From assembly GCA_028534125.1 (NCBI GenBank), contig CM052818.1:33854001-33918000 (forward strand): a stretch of DNA of 64,000 nucleotides, read 5' to 3'. Source of the stretch: Lama glama. Lineage: Eukaryota. The notes beneath the pieces are model-generated. The model was not told the DNA's origin, did not search any database, and was given only the letters and a program-made list of their open reading frames with translations. A program made the position numbers and the translations under genes. The number at the start of each line of letters is the position of its first letter. Position 1 is the stretch's first letter. Below, piece after piece: positions 24,790 to 40,845 of the stretch.

Positions 24790-25174
24790 GTTCCCTGCGG
24801 CAGGGGCCGGCCGGGCTCCGGACTGTGAGGGCCGCAGCGGCTTTGCACGCTCGCCTCCGCTACTCAGCGCGTCCCCGCAGCCTCGCTCGCCATTTTGGGG
24901 GGGCTTGGGATTGGAGGAGGGAAGGGTGAGAAGGGACGTCGGCTCTGAGGCGTAGCGTCCCCGGTATCCTGGGATCTGTAGTCCAAACGGCTTGAGTTGA
25001 CAGTCGGGACTGCAAGCCCAAAGCTGAGATGGCGCTTATCGCGACCCGTAGCCCTCGACGGCGCCCCAGGGCATGTCGGGGCTTGTAGTCCTTGGGGCTG
25101 CTCGCCGCGGGTGTCGGCCCAGGGGGCGCTGTAGTCCCTGGGACCGCGGCGGGCGGAGCTTAGGACGGAGGGTG

Positions 25175-29638
<4,464 letters not shown>

Positions 29639-29657
29639 GTGGGGAGGGAAAGGGGTC

Positions 29658-29663
29658 AATAAA
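29658..29663 (+). terminator. Poly(A) signal AATAAA of EIF2B4
   Basis: AATAAA 19 nt after the stop, with a T-rich downstream element near 29697-29710. Confidence 0.8.
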
Positions 29664-30044
29664 TGATATACTCCCTGCACTCAGCATCTCTGCTGCCTTT
29701 TATCTCTTTTACCATCACCACCACTTAGGCTAGGAGTCCACACTCCTGAGCCCTTCTTAGCACGTGCTCCCCACGTCAGACAAACCTTTATGTAGATGCT
29801 CTCAAGTGATTAGCTCCATGCCAGTGCTTTGGGGCCAAAGTGAAGGTCAGTAGGGAGACCAAAAACTGTCCAAGTCATACACCATTTATTGAGCATCTGT
29901 GTGCCAGCCGCTGAGTTTGATATGAGTAGGAGTATGATAAGGACAAAGAAGAATCCTGTCCTTAATATTATTATTATATTAATATTTATACTAAACCAAT
30001 ACATTGATATTTATATTAAATAATTACGTGTACTTCGTATCCTT

Positions 30045-30295
30045 AGTATTGAGTACTTACTGCATATGAGAAGGTATTCTAGTCCCTTTCTTATACATAT
30101 AGGAAGATTTATGCAACTCTATGAAGTGAGATTTTACAAATGAGAAAACTGAGGCACAGAGAGGTTGTTATTTGCCAAGGCAACACAGCTAAGGCACAGA
30201 GAGGTTAAGTTACTTGCCTAAGGTAACACACTAGCTAAACCGACATGTGATGTCAGGCATTCTGGATCTAGAGACTTCCCTTAATTTTTATGCTA
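30045..30295 (-). mobile_element. MIR with an internal ~40-bp tandem duplication
   Basis: attttacaaatgagaaaactgaggcacagagagg; the aggcacagagaggtt...aacaca unit is repeated twice. Confidence 0.7.
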
Positions 30296-30699
30296 CCTGC
30301 TATTAAGTAGCAGTCATGATGGAGGAAGACAGATTATGTCCACACAATGAGATAAATTCTACTAATAGTATGAATAGAGTTCCTTGGAAGCAACCAAGGA
30401 TGATGCCAGATCTAGTGAGGTTGGAGAAGACTTCACAGGTAACCTCTGACCTAGTCCTTGAGGGATAAGAAATTTCCCAATTGGAAAAGAACTGGAAGGC
30501 AGATCAACAGAGGAAATAGACAGAATAGGCCTTAAAATGATTGGCCAATTCCATAATATCAAGTAGGGTGGTAAAGCTAGAACTGAGGCTTATGTGGAGA
30601 GTGAGTGATAAAGCTGCAAAGGTAGGTTGGATTGGGTCTAAATTGGGAGAGTCTAACCATGTGCTTAGCCTAGAAAAAGGAGAATCATCTGCTTTGTGT

Positions 30700-32190
30700 G
30701 TGTTTTATTAAAAAATTTTAAGCAGCACAGAAGTACAGTGAACTATACAAAGAATCCCCATCACTAAATGCAGTAATTACCAAGATTTGCTACAAATGCT
30801 TTTTGTTTCCCTTTTTTTCCTTGCTGAAGTTACCTTAGAGCAAATCCCAGTCGTTACATCATTTTACTCCTATAAACTTCAGTGTGTCTTTAAAAAATAT
30901 GGAAATTTAGCATATCATTATTACACTTACTAAATTCTTCCTTAGTGTTGTCCAAGCTGTAATCAGATTTCCTTGATTGTCTCAAAAATGGCTTTTTACA
31001 ATTGGTTTGTTTGAATCACGATCCAAACAAATCCTTACATTACATTTGGTTATTATGTCTTACATTTCTTAATCAAAAGCAACCTCCCCAGCCCCCTTCT
31101 TTTCTCATGACATTGACTTGTTCCAGAAGCTAGGTTGATTGCGTTTCATACTGCCTCACATCAGGTTGGTTGGTTCATTTTAAGTGATGAGTGGGTCCAG
31201 GTGTTTTAAAGCTTCCCAACAGACTCATTTAGTGGTTTCATCCACTGTTGATTTTTGCCTGAATTATCTCATTAGAGGATGCAAAATGGTAATTTTTTCC
31301 CTAATTCTATCATTCCTTATTTATTAGCTGATAATTTTCTATAAAGAACTCCATCTTATCAGCTATTATTCTGAATTACAATTCATACTGGAAAGGCAGA
31401 ATAAATGCTTAATTCTTTCCTTTTAATTGCCAGTTTTCAAGAATCGATCAGTGGTTACTTCCAGTGGCATACAATGAGTAGTTGAATTTTTGGCTTTCTC
31501 TGTCTTTATTTAAAAAGATCATTATGAATTCATAGTTTTTTTTTTTAATATTGAGTCTACCACTCAATCATCAAAGTTAAGCAGAGGTTCAATGGGGTTA
31601 GCTCTGTGCTTTAGAAACTTAACTGGTAGAGATTAGAGGCAGAGAAACATCAAAAAAAAAAAAAAGATTGTCTATCAATCAAAACCACAAATGTACCTAA
31701 CTTTGGTGTAGCAATTCTTATAGGAATTTATGCTAGCCATATAGTTGCACATTTGAAGTAAGGTAGATATAGGGTTATTTATAGCAGCCTTGTTTATAAT
31801 TGGAAAAGACTGGAAACCACCTAAATATCCATTCATATTAACAAGGGACTAACTAAATTATGCTACATCCATGCAATTACATACTAAGCAGTCCTAACAA
31901 AAAGTAAGGTTTTTAGGAACAGCCTCCAAGGTATGCTCAGTTAAAAGGTCCAGGACTGTGTATAACTGCTGTTAGAATTAAAAGGGGAAAAGATATACAT
32001 GTATTTGCATTTGTATACAGAAAATATCTTGGGCCTGTAACAAAAAACTGATTGCCTTTGTGGATGTGATCTAGGATACTGGAGACAGATGTAAGGGAAT
32101 CTTCACTTCATACTCTGTATTTTTGAATTTTGAGCCATGTGAGTATCTTATTCCAAAAATAAATCCAAGTATTAATACAAAAAAGGTTTT
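30700..32190. mobile_element. Old L1ME-like fragments in both orientations (EIF2B4-GTF3C2 intergenic region)
   Basis: AT-rich with L1 3'-region signatures (gcagccttgtttataattggaaaagactggaaaccacctaaatatcca). Confidence 0.55.
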
Positions 32191-32579
32191 GGAATAGTTC
32201 ACGTCAAATTTAGTCTAATCTTAGGCAACAGAGTGGAGAGGAGTCATATTTGTTGATTACAGAAGTAAATGCTTGAAGCTGACAGCTGTCCATAGGACAA
32301 ATATTGAAGATACGATTTACTAGAGGAACTGCAGCCTCAAACGCGCCCAATTTTGCACTCTCACAAAGGAGTCGGTCCTAAGCCACAACACAGCCTTGGC
32401 TTGTCTTTAGGCCCCTTAAAGAGAATGGGATGGGAGTCCTTTTGCTCCAGCTTTTAAATCTTAGCTAGCTCTTCCCAAGCTTTTAAGTTTTATGGAACCA
32501 GGGGGATTTCATAGGTGAGATTTGGGAAGAGAAAGATTGGTTTACCCCAACCCTTTCGTGTCCAGATATATATACACCC

Positions 32580-33990
32580 TGAACTCTCCTACGGCGTCAC
32601 CATGTCAGGCTTTTCTACTCCTGCTCTCTCCCCTCTCCGTCCTCTTTCCAAACCCCCTTTATTGTGTTTCTGTCTCGGATTCATCTTTGACTTCACTAGT
32701 GGCTGGATCTGCTTGGGGCTGCTCCGTGGCGGAAGCCAGAGTCGTCCTCTGACGGCCCGAGGCAAGGATTCCTTTGTCTCCCAGTCTGTCTTCGGCTCTG
32801 ACGGCGCTGGGGTTGCCGGTAAAGACTCACATCAGCCCGGCCCTGCCCGCCACGGGCCTGGTAGTCTTGACAGAAAGTCAGGAGTCAGCGCTCGGGAGCA
32901 ACACCCAGGCCTGGGATCCTACACTCGAGGCTGGTATAAGGACCGCGTGGGAACCCGGGGGGCGCGACGACCGTCAACGCGCAGGCGTCAATCTTCCCTT
33001 CAGGACACTGCAATTCCCATAAGGCCGTGCAGCGTCCCCGACGCCACTAAGGCCCGGGAGCTGCGCCCACTCCAAAAGGGCTCGAGGACGCTCGCCGCAG
33101 TGCATTGTGGAACACCCAGCCTAATAGAACACGTCCTGGGGCACAAACTCCTCACCGAGCCCACATATTTACCTAGTGCACAGGGCGGGGGGGCAGGGAG
33201 GTGGGAGGGAGTGGGGGACGTCAACGAAGAGTAGCTACCAGATTTCGTCATAAAACGGCGACCAGACAGGCGGCGCCATCTTCGAACTTGGACTTCCGGA
33301 AGGACTTTGGTGAGGGTGAGTGTACCGCAGTGGGGTGTGCGGGGCCCCACGATTACTCCTCCCCCTTCTTTTTTGGTAGCACTAAGATGTTGGGAACCAA
33401 CTCCCGACTCCGCTTTCCCCCCCTGCACAGCATCGCGACCTCCAGTCCCTGAGCGCCTACGGAAACCGTCATACTCCCCACCTCCTAACCCACAGTGGCA
33501 ACCGTGTATCCCCCATCTCTGCTATCCGCGGGTCTTGCCTTCTTTCCCCACGCGGTGTCGGTAACACTTCATCCTGTGTCCCGGCCCCGGCGCTGCTACA
33601 TTGCGTCCCTCGGACTCTGCGAACCTACTGCAGTCCTCAACCTTAGAAAACTCTGGGCTCGCCCCCCTCACAGGCTGGTGGTAAAAGCTACCCCTAAGCC
33701 CAGGACTGAGGAAGGGCAGACGGTCACCCCTAGAGTGGTAGCGGGTCAGTCTCCTCATTCTGCTATGTTCCAGTCTTCCTCCGTGAGACTCTTCTAACCC
33801 TGGGGGTTGTGCCCCGCGCGCTGCAACCCCATTGGCGCAGCCAAGGGCCAGTTATGTTTTCCTGTCTAGTCCTTTTATCCCGCGGCAAGTTGGCTTCCTG
33901 TTGGTGAAGTGAGAGGTGGTGACTTCAGCCTCTCCGTGGTAGCTCTGTTAACGGGTTGCAGCGTATGGCCAAGCGTCTCGGCCCCAGCGG
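32580..33990 (+). promoter_or_regulatory. CpG-island promoter of GTF3C2 with non-coding exon 1 (donor after 33315)
   Basis: CpG-rich; SBS-like ACTGCAATTCCCA near 33007; YY1 CGCCATCTT 33274-33282; palindromic ETS CTTCCGGAAG near 33293; donor GG|GTGAGT at 33315/33316. Next acceptor is at 40822. Confidence 0.8.
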
Positions 33991-34714
33991 CATATTGTTA
34001 GACAAACTTAAGTCATTCCTATGCCTTCGTCCCTTTTTGCCATCACTTCTTATCAACTGCAGTATTTAAAAAAAATAATTTTCTTTAAATTCATTTAATT
34101 TTAAGGTTTAAGTGCTTTAGTCTCGATCTAAGTAAGCAACAGATGAAACCATAGGTTTCATGGGCTGGTTATAGTTTTTAATGCAAGTTAAAAACACAAT
34201 TAGTCAAATAAAATTGTTCATTTTTGTATCACAGAAATCATCATTCATACCACCAGTTGTACCATAGGAACACTTTGGGAAACGATATATTAGACCAAAC
34301 AGTGTGTGTATAGTAAAGTAATTCTGTACTTGAGGAACAGTGTTACCTAGTCATTTTCCTTGGTTGGGAAGATCAGGCTGGCAGCCTTGGAGCAGCATGA
34401 GAACCAGACAAGTTGGGGGGCAGATGTAAAATTTTATAAACTCTAGTACACATTTACTTAACATCCTTTACTTGTGTGCAGAACATGTGCTGTAAAGTCA
34501 TAAATGAAAATTAACCACCACACCCTGCTGCTGCCTTCAGTGAGAAGTGATTCTTTATAGAGATTCTTGTACCTTGAGAAGTTGTTCAATCAACACAGGT
34601 TAATTATTGCACTTACCATGTACCAGATGCTGGAAACAGTAGTGAATCAGATAGGCAAGATCCCTATTTTATGAAACTTTCAGGGAAGATAGATATGAAA
34701 TACGTAAATACTCA

Positions 34715-35400
34715 TATCTCTTATCAGAAGGAAATTCCAGATGGACTAAAGCGCTACATGTGAGATTCAAAACTAGAAAAATTATTGGAGGAAAATAAAA
34801 AAGGATATGTTTGTATCAGTGGGGTAGGAAATGCCTTTTTAAGACACAAAACAAACAGAAGCCATAAAAGAGAAGATTGAGAAATTTAACTTATAAAATT
34901 CAACTTAAGTTTAGCAAGAAAGATTATAAACAAAGTTTTTTTAAAAAGTAGATATGGAGAGAAAGTATTTGCAATGTAAATAACATAACGTAACTCCACA
35001 GACCAATGAGGAAGAGATCAATTTGTCCTATAGAAATATGGGCAAATTATGTGTGCAGGCAATTCATAAGAGACATAGATGTCCAACATATAAAAAGAAG
35101 TTGCTAACTTCAATTGTTATCAGGACAGTGCAAATAAATACAACAGGGAAGAGTTCTTTCACCCATCAGAATGGCAAAAATTAAAGATTGACGTGTGCGG
35201 TAATTAAAATGGGTAAAACCCATTTTTACAGTTAGTGGAAGTATAAATTAATTTTCATTTTGGTGAACTCTTGGGCAACATCAGATTTTGAAACGTGTAT
35301 ACCCTTTAACCCAGTATAGTAATTTCACTTCAAATGATTGTTTTAGAAAAATTTTAAAGAAATTTGAGTATGTAAGAGTTATTGTTTCTATTAAAACTAA
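34715..35400 (+). mobile_element. Old L1 ORF2/3' fragment
   Basis: aaattccagatggactaaag...cccatcagaatggcaaaaatt...ccctttaacccag. Confidence 0.65.
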
Positions 35401-35428
35401 GTAGAAACATGACAGATACACGAAATGT

Positions 35429-35530
35429 GTTTTGTTTTTGGTTTTGTTTTTTTAATGGAAGTACTGGGGATTGAACCCAGGACCTTGTGCGTGCTAAGCA
35501 CCCACTCTATCATTGAGCTATACCCACCGC
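35429..35530 (-). mobile_element. tRNA-derived SINE, Vic-1-like (camelid)
   Basis: gtactggggattgaacccaggacc...tgagctatacc is the antisense A/B-box SINE head; T-rich tail on the left. Confidence 0.8.
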
Positions 35531-36884
35531 CACAGATTTTATTGTTATTCTTTATATTCTACATATATTTATTAGTATTTTGTGTCAACTAAAAATTTTA
35601 TAAAAACAAGTCTAAAAAAGAAAAGAAAAGCAAACTAAATTGAATACTTTGAAAAGACAAAAGTGGTGAGTTCGCAAACAAGCAAAGAAGCTGCCAAATT
35701 GATGTAAGACACTAAAAGATTGAGGAAATTTTGTAAAAATCTGGGAGGTTACTGCATTTCAGTTGCTTCTCAAGAAAGGAGAATGTTTCAAAAAATGAGT
35801 GCTAAGTAGCCTTGGGTCTGCTGAAAGGTCAAGTTAAAGGAGAGTGAGGAATGTCCATTGGACTGATTGACAACAATTATTGATGAGTTAGGAACGATAT
35901 CCTAGTTAGGATGAAGCAGGGTAATTAAAACATCAAGAGAAGGCAATTCTTATAGTTTGTGAGGAGGAGGAGGATATTAGCTGGAGGAGAAATATGGGTT
36001 GAAGGATATTGTATTTGTGTTAAGATGAGAATTAAAAATGTATTTAAATCCTATTTGGAAGAAGCCAATGGAAAGGAAAAGGACAAACTACCCAGTTTCC
36101 TTGGATGGGCTGGAAGGGGACATGGGGCTAGAACACAAGTGGAAGATTTGGCCTTAGAAAGTGGATGAGGGGCTCAGAGGCAGGGAGTGTTAGGTTACTT
36201 GACAAGAAATTGAAGTATGTTTTTTTGTTTTTGTTTCAGAAATCTCAGGCTGAGTCACCTGCTAAGAACCAGGTGATCAGACATTGGAGGATAAGAGGGT
36301 ATGGGAGCTAACTAGAGACAAAGTGTAATTGCTGGTACTCGACAGCTTAGATGCACACATGGAGAAGACAGGTAGTTTGTTCATTCAGGGCTTGAATTTT
36401 GCCATGCCCGTGGAACAAAAAGGCAAAAAGAAATGAAGGTCATAATATGAACAAGAGTCTGATTAAAATAAAGGAGTCTAAGCTAGTGGGATGTGACTGA
36501 CATAGGGAGAGATTGAAGAGATCAATGGTTAGTGTATTAATCCAGTTGAGGAATAGATATAGTGATAGTAGTTGAGCAATCTAGCTATAATGATGGGAGG
36601 TTGTGATCAGATAGTGGATGTCTTGGTGATTTAGAGATTAAAAGGTTTTATATGATGACACCCTACAGGGGTCACAGTGGAGTGAATAGCAGTATTAGCT
36701 GAATGTTATGAGCTTCAAAGGAAAAAGGTTTTTACAAGATAGGGAGGACAATTGGTCAAGAAGTGGCACTGGAGAGGAATTGAGAAGACACTGATCGCAC
36801 TTTCTACCCTGTGGTAAGTGGAGTGTGAGAGAATGAGCAAACTCCACTTGAGAGCCTAGAAAGCTAGAAATTTCATTCCTGGAA

Positions 36885-37535
36885 TTTTTCTATCCAAGAT
36901 TCTGAATATGATTTAGATCCTGCCAATCAAATATGCTCTTGAGGAACTCATATTCAGACCTGAGTTTAGAGGGGAGGCAGGCCAGAAGACATGTATTTTC
37001 CTGGTGCAGATTGTGGCGGTGGTATGGCTCTGGGTCTGGGAGCCAGAGAAGAGTCTCAGTTAGTCACCTGATTATTGCAGAGGCAGCTTGTTTATGGAGC
37101 CATCATCTACTACAGAGGCTTCTTGATTCAGCTGGCGGCTCCCCATCATAGCATAGGAGAGGCTATGTGGTTCTTGAACCAGCAGCTGTAAACAGCTTCT
37201 CAATTTGATGAGCACTTGTTCCTAAACTTTTTCCCCCAACCCTTCCAGTGATCCTCTATGCAGGTCGTTCTCAAACCTGAGTGTGCATCAGAATCACCTG
37301 AAAGGCTTGTTCTAACACGAAGTACTGGCCCTATCCCAGAGTTTCTGATTCAGTAGTTCTGGGGTAGGACTAGAAGTTTGCATTTAACAAATTTCCAAGT
37401 GATGCTGATGCTGCCAGTTCTGGGACCATACTTGAGAACCACTGATGTGAACCATTTGCTACCTTGTAATAAATCCCTTTTGGCTTGAGCTGGCTAGAGA
37501 AGATTCTGTTCTGTGCAACTGAACTGTGACCAATA
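36885..37535 (+). mobile_element. ERVL LTR (LTR33/LTR16-like) interrupted by MER5A
   Basis: tgatttagatcctgccaatca... and 3' end tgtaataaatcccttt...ctgtgcaactgaac. Confidence 0.6.
37261..37444. mobile_element. MER5A (hAT-Charlie) DNA transposon relic
   Basis: Inverted termini cagg(t)cgttctcaaa / ttgagaaccactg; internal gcatcagaatcacctg and gtttctgattcagtag. Confidence 0.85.
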
Positions 37536-37549
37536 TGGAGGTCAACAAT

Positions 37550-39300
37550 CATTCACATCTTCTCTGTCCTTATCTACTTATCTCTCAATGATTGAAAGAA
37601 TGATTAGGTCTCATATTTCCTGAATATTTTGCTTTGCATATTTGATGGTATGTTATTTAATGTTTAAATGTTCATGGCATATATTTATATCTTTTATAGG
37701 ATTTGAAGTTTTATTCATTGTAAGGTACTCCCTTTTTGTCCCATTTAATACTTTTCCCCTGAATTCAACTCTGCTATTACTGTAAAAACTCCTCGTTTCT
37801 TTTTGTTTACATTTACCCTGTATATTTTAATTCATCATTTTTCTTTCAGCTTTTTGAGTTCCTTTGTTTTAGACATCTCTTAAAAACCACATAATTGTTT
37901 GGCTTTTTAAACCAATCCAAATCTTTATTCTTTCTGTTAATGGATGAGTTTATCTGATATGGTTATTGTTATAATGCATGTTTTATCTTGTTTCTGTCAC
38001 CTTGTGGGTTTTTTCCCCCCTTGTTCTTTTATCTGTGTATTTCCTTTATTTTCGATCTTTTGTTATGTGGTCTTTAAAAAAATTCCTTCTGGTTATTATT
38101 TTACTGGATATTTTGGGAGCAATATAGTATTACTGTTTTTAGTTCTATTAAACACCTAAATGGTATTAGTAAGCCTATATTTTTCAATTTGTCAACCTTA
38201 GAAGTGATATTAGAATACTTCTTTTGCCCTAATCTACTACAGTCAGAATATTGGCATTTTTACATTGTGGAGCATTGAAATTTTTTGGTTAGAATCTGTT
38301 TTATATCTGTTGTACCCACAGTTATTTAAACTCAAATGTTGTATCACTTGGTTAAATCCTTACTGCAAGTCTTTTAATACTACAGTTTCTTCATTGGAAA
38401 CTTCTTTATATTGATTTATCTTTCATTGACTAAATTAGGTCTTCAAGTGGACTTTTATTTAAGTAAGTGGGCTTAAGTCTTGTAATTCCTAGCAACTTGC
38501 ATATTGACAATGTCATCGTGTCTTTACATGAATGACAGTTAAGTAAAGAATTCTCTTGATCCTCAGTGTTTCTTTATCTTTTGGCATCAAATGTTTCTGA
38601 GAACTCTGAGGCTGAACTGATTTTTTTTTCCCCTTTTGTGGGAGAAATTTAGTATCTTCACTCAGATATTTCTTGGTCTTAATGATTCTTTATTGATTTT
38701 TGTTTCCTTTTACATCATAAGCCCTTTTGATCTATAGTCTGAGGTCTTCCTTTATTTCAGGAAAGTATGTATTCCGTTTTTCATTTCAGGAAGTTTTCTT
38801 TTGTTAGGTTTTTGAACATTTTTTTCCTGTTCCCATTTTTCTTCTCTCTTCTTTGTCTCCCCACTTTCTCTTTTCCATCTGTATCATATTCTCACTAATC
38901 ACCTTATTTTCTCTCTTTGCAATCTGTGTGGTTTTTCTCAAACACACCTTTCATATCACTGTTTTAAGTAGTATAGTTTCAACATCTTGTCTCTCCTCTG
39001 GTTTTCATTTCTTTGATTTTATTCCTTTATTTGGTTTTTTTCCCTTATGACTTGCCAGCTCACTTTTTACCTTGCCATTGTTTTATCTCTTCTTTGATCT
39101 CTCATTTCTTGGTTTCCATAGTCTCTGGCTTTTTTGAAAATACAGAAGTTTTTCTTGGAAAATTTCTTGTTTTCTGGAGTATTTCTTTGAAAGAGTATTT
39201 TTCATCTTCTTTCATTTGTTTATGTCCTTTTTATTCTTTCTATAGTAACTATCCATAGGTCCCTTTGGATCCTTTTTGCTTATTACTAATTTTGAATGGA
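37550..39300 (-). mobile_element. Highly decayed antisense L1
   Basis: Long T-rich stretch with L1M-like motifs. Boundaries are approximate. Confidence 0.5.
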
Positions 39301-39929
39301 GTAGTTCTCTCAGGGCTTGCTATTTATGGAAGAACAATGTAGGTGGATTCTCACTGACCACTGTTTACTTTGGTATTGTTATGTTTTGTCTTTAGCACAT
39401 GATGTTTCATTATATCCTTTAGCACCTGAATTAGAGGGTTGGCTGTTGTTATAGTTTATAATCTGCTTAGACTGTAGCTTATTCAAGAGAGAGAGTTAGG
39501 AACTTTAATTTGTATATTTCTTGTGGTATTTGTATTAGCACGTTTTCCCACTGAAGTTGATAAATTCTTTATCCTTTATAGACCTGTGGGGGTGTTCCTT
39601 TCAGAATCTGAGCTTTCTCCCCTTTTATTACTGACAAGTAGACTGCTGTGGACCCAAACTGGGCCTTTGCAAAGTTCTGCGTTGCTTGGGTTTTTGGTTT
39701 GGTAATCAGTGCTTTGTGTATCTATCAGTTTTCTTTGGATTGTGGTTGCACAGCTGATTTCCTGGGTTTGAAGAAAATGAAGATTCATGACCATTTTTTT
39801 AGTCCATTCTTCAATGTGGAAACGGTCTCTTAATGTAGTAGGATATTCCTTAACTCTCTCATAGGCTTCCACCTACCTCATCCTGCTGGAAGATTGCTGG
39901 CAGGACACTAAAGAACTCTTTTACTTATT

Positions 39930-40130
39930 ATTTTTTTGTTCGTTTGTTTTATTGAAGTATAGCTGATTTACCATATTGTGTTAGTTTCAAGTATACAGTG
40001 AAGTGATTCAGTTATCCATATATATATTTATATTTTAGATTCTTTTCCATTATAGGTTGTTACAAGATATCGAATATAGTTCCCTGTGCCATACAGTAAA
40101 TCTTATTGTTTATTTTATATATGTATAGTC
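39930..40130 (-). mobile_element. L1 3' end
   Basis: ttttattgaagtatagctgatttac...ttccctgtgccatacagta. Confidence 0.75.
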
Positions 40131-40529
40131 ATATTTTATTCTTAAATAAATCTGTACCTTGATTGATTCACAGAGATAGATGTTTGCTCTAGTCATCTAC
40201 CCTCCTTCAATTTGATCTAAACTTTATAGTATCTGGCAGCTATTCTTTATGGTCTATTTTAGAAACTTGTGGCCCTTCCTTAGATTCATAACAGGTGATC
40301 TTTTTTTTTTTCTCTCTCTCTTTTTTTCTTTTCTTTCTGTTTTTTTTTTTTAATGTGGGAGTGGTGATTCATTTCATTGGGTTTCAGGGAGAGGAATTAA
40401 ATAATTGTCCGTTCACTTTAATATCCTTACAAGAAACCTTATGAGCTTTATTTAAATTAAACCATATAAATAAAGCAGTTAGTACAATACTTGGTGCATA
40501 GTAAGCATTTACTAAGTGGTAGCTTTATT

Positions 40530-40670
40530 ATTTGTTTATTGTCAGCTCCACTAGCATGTAAGTTTCTTGAGGGCAGGGTCCTTGTCTGTCTTGCTTATTG
40601 CCATGTTACCAGTTTCTAGAATAGTGCCTGACATGTAGAAGATGTTTCATAATTATTGTTGAGTAAATGA
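40530..40670 (+). mobile_element. L2 3' end
   Basis: ctagcatgtaagtttcttgagggcagg...agtgcctgacatgtag...ttgttgagtaaatga. Confidence 0.75.
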
Positions 40671-40845
40671 CTAGGAAGCTTGGGTTTCTGGTTGGCAGGG
40701 AAGGTGGAGGGAGGTTGGGGGTAGGGGATGGTTGTGAGAAGAGAAAAGACAGGGAAGTAGAAAAATCTGAACTAGTGCAAATAGCTTTTATCTTCTACTC
40801 ATTTGTATGTCTCTGTATGCAGGGTGGCCATTTTAGGGGGTGCTG

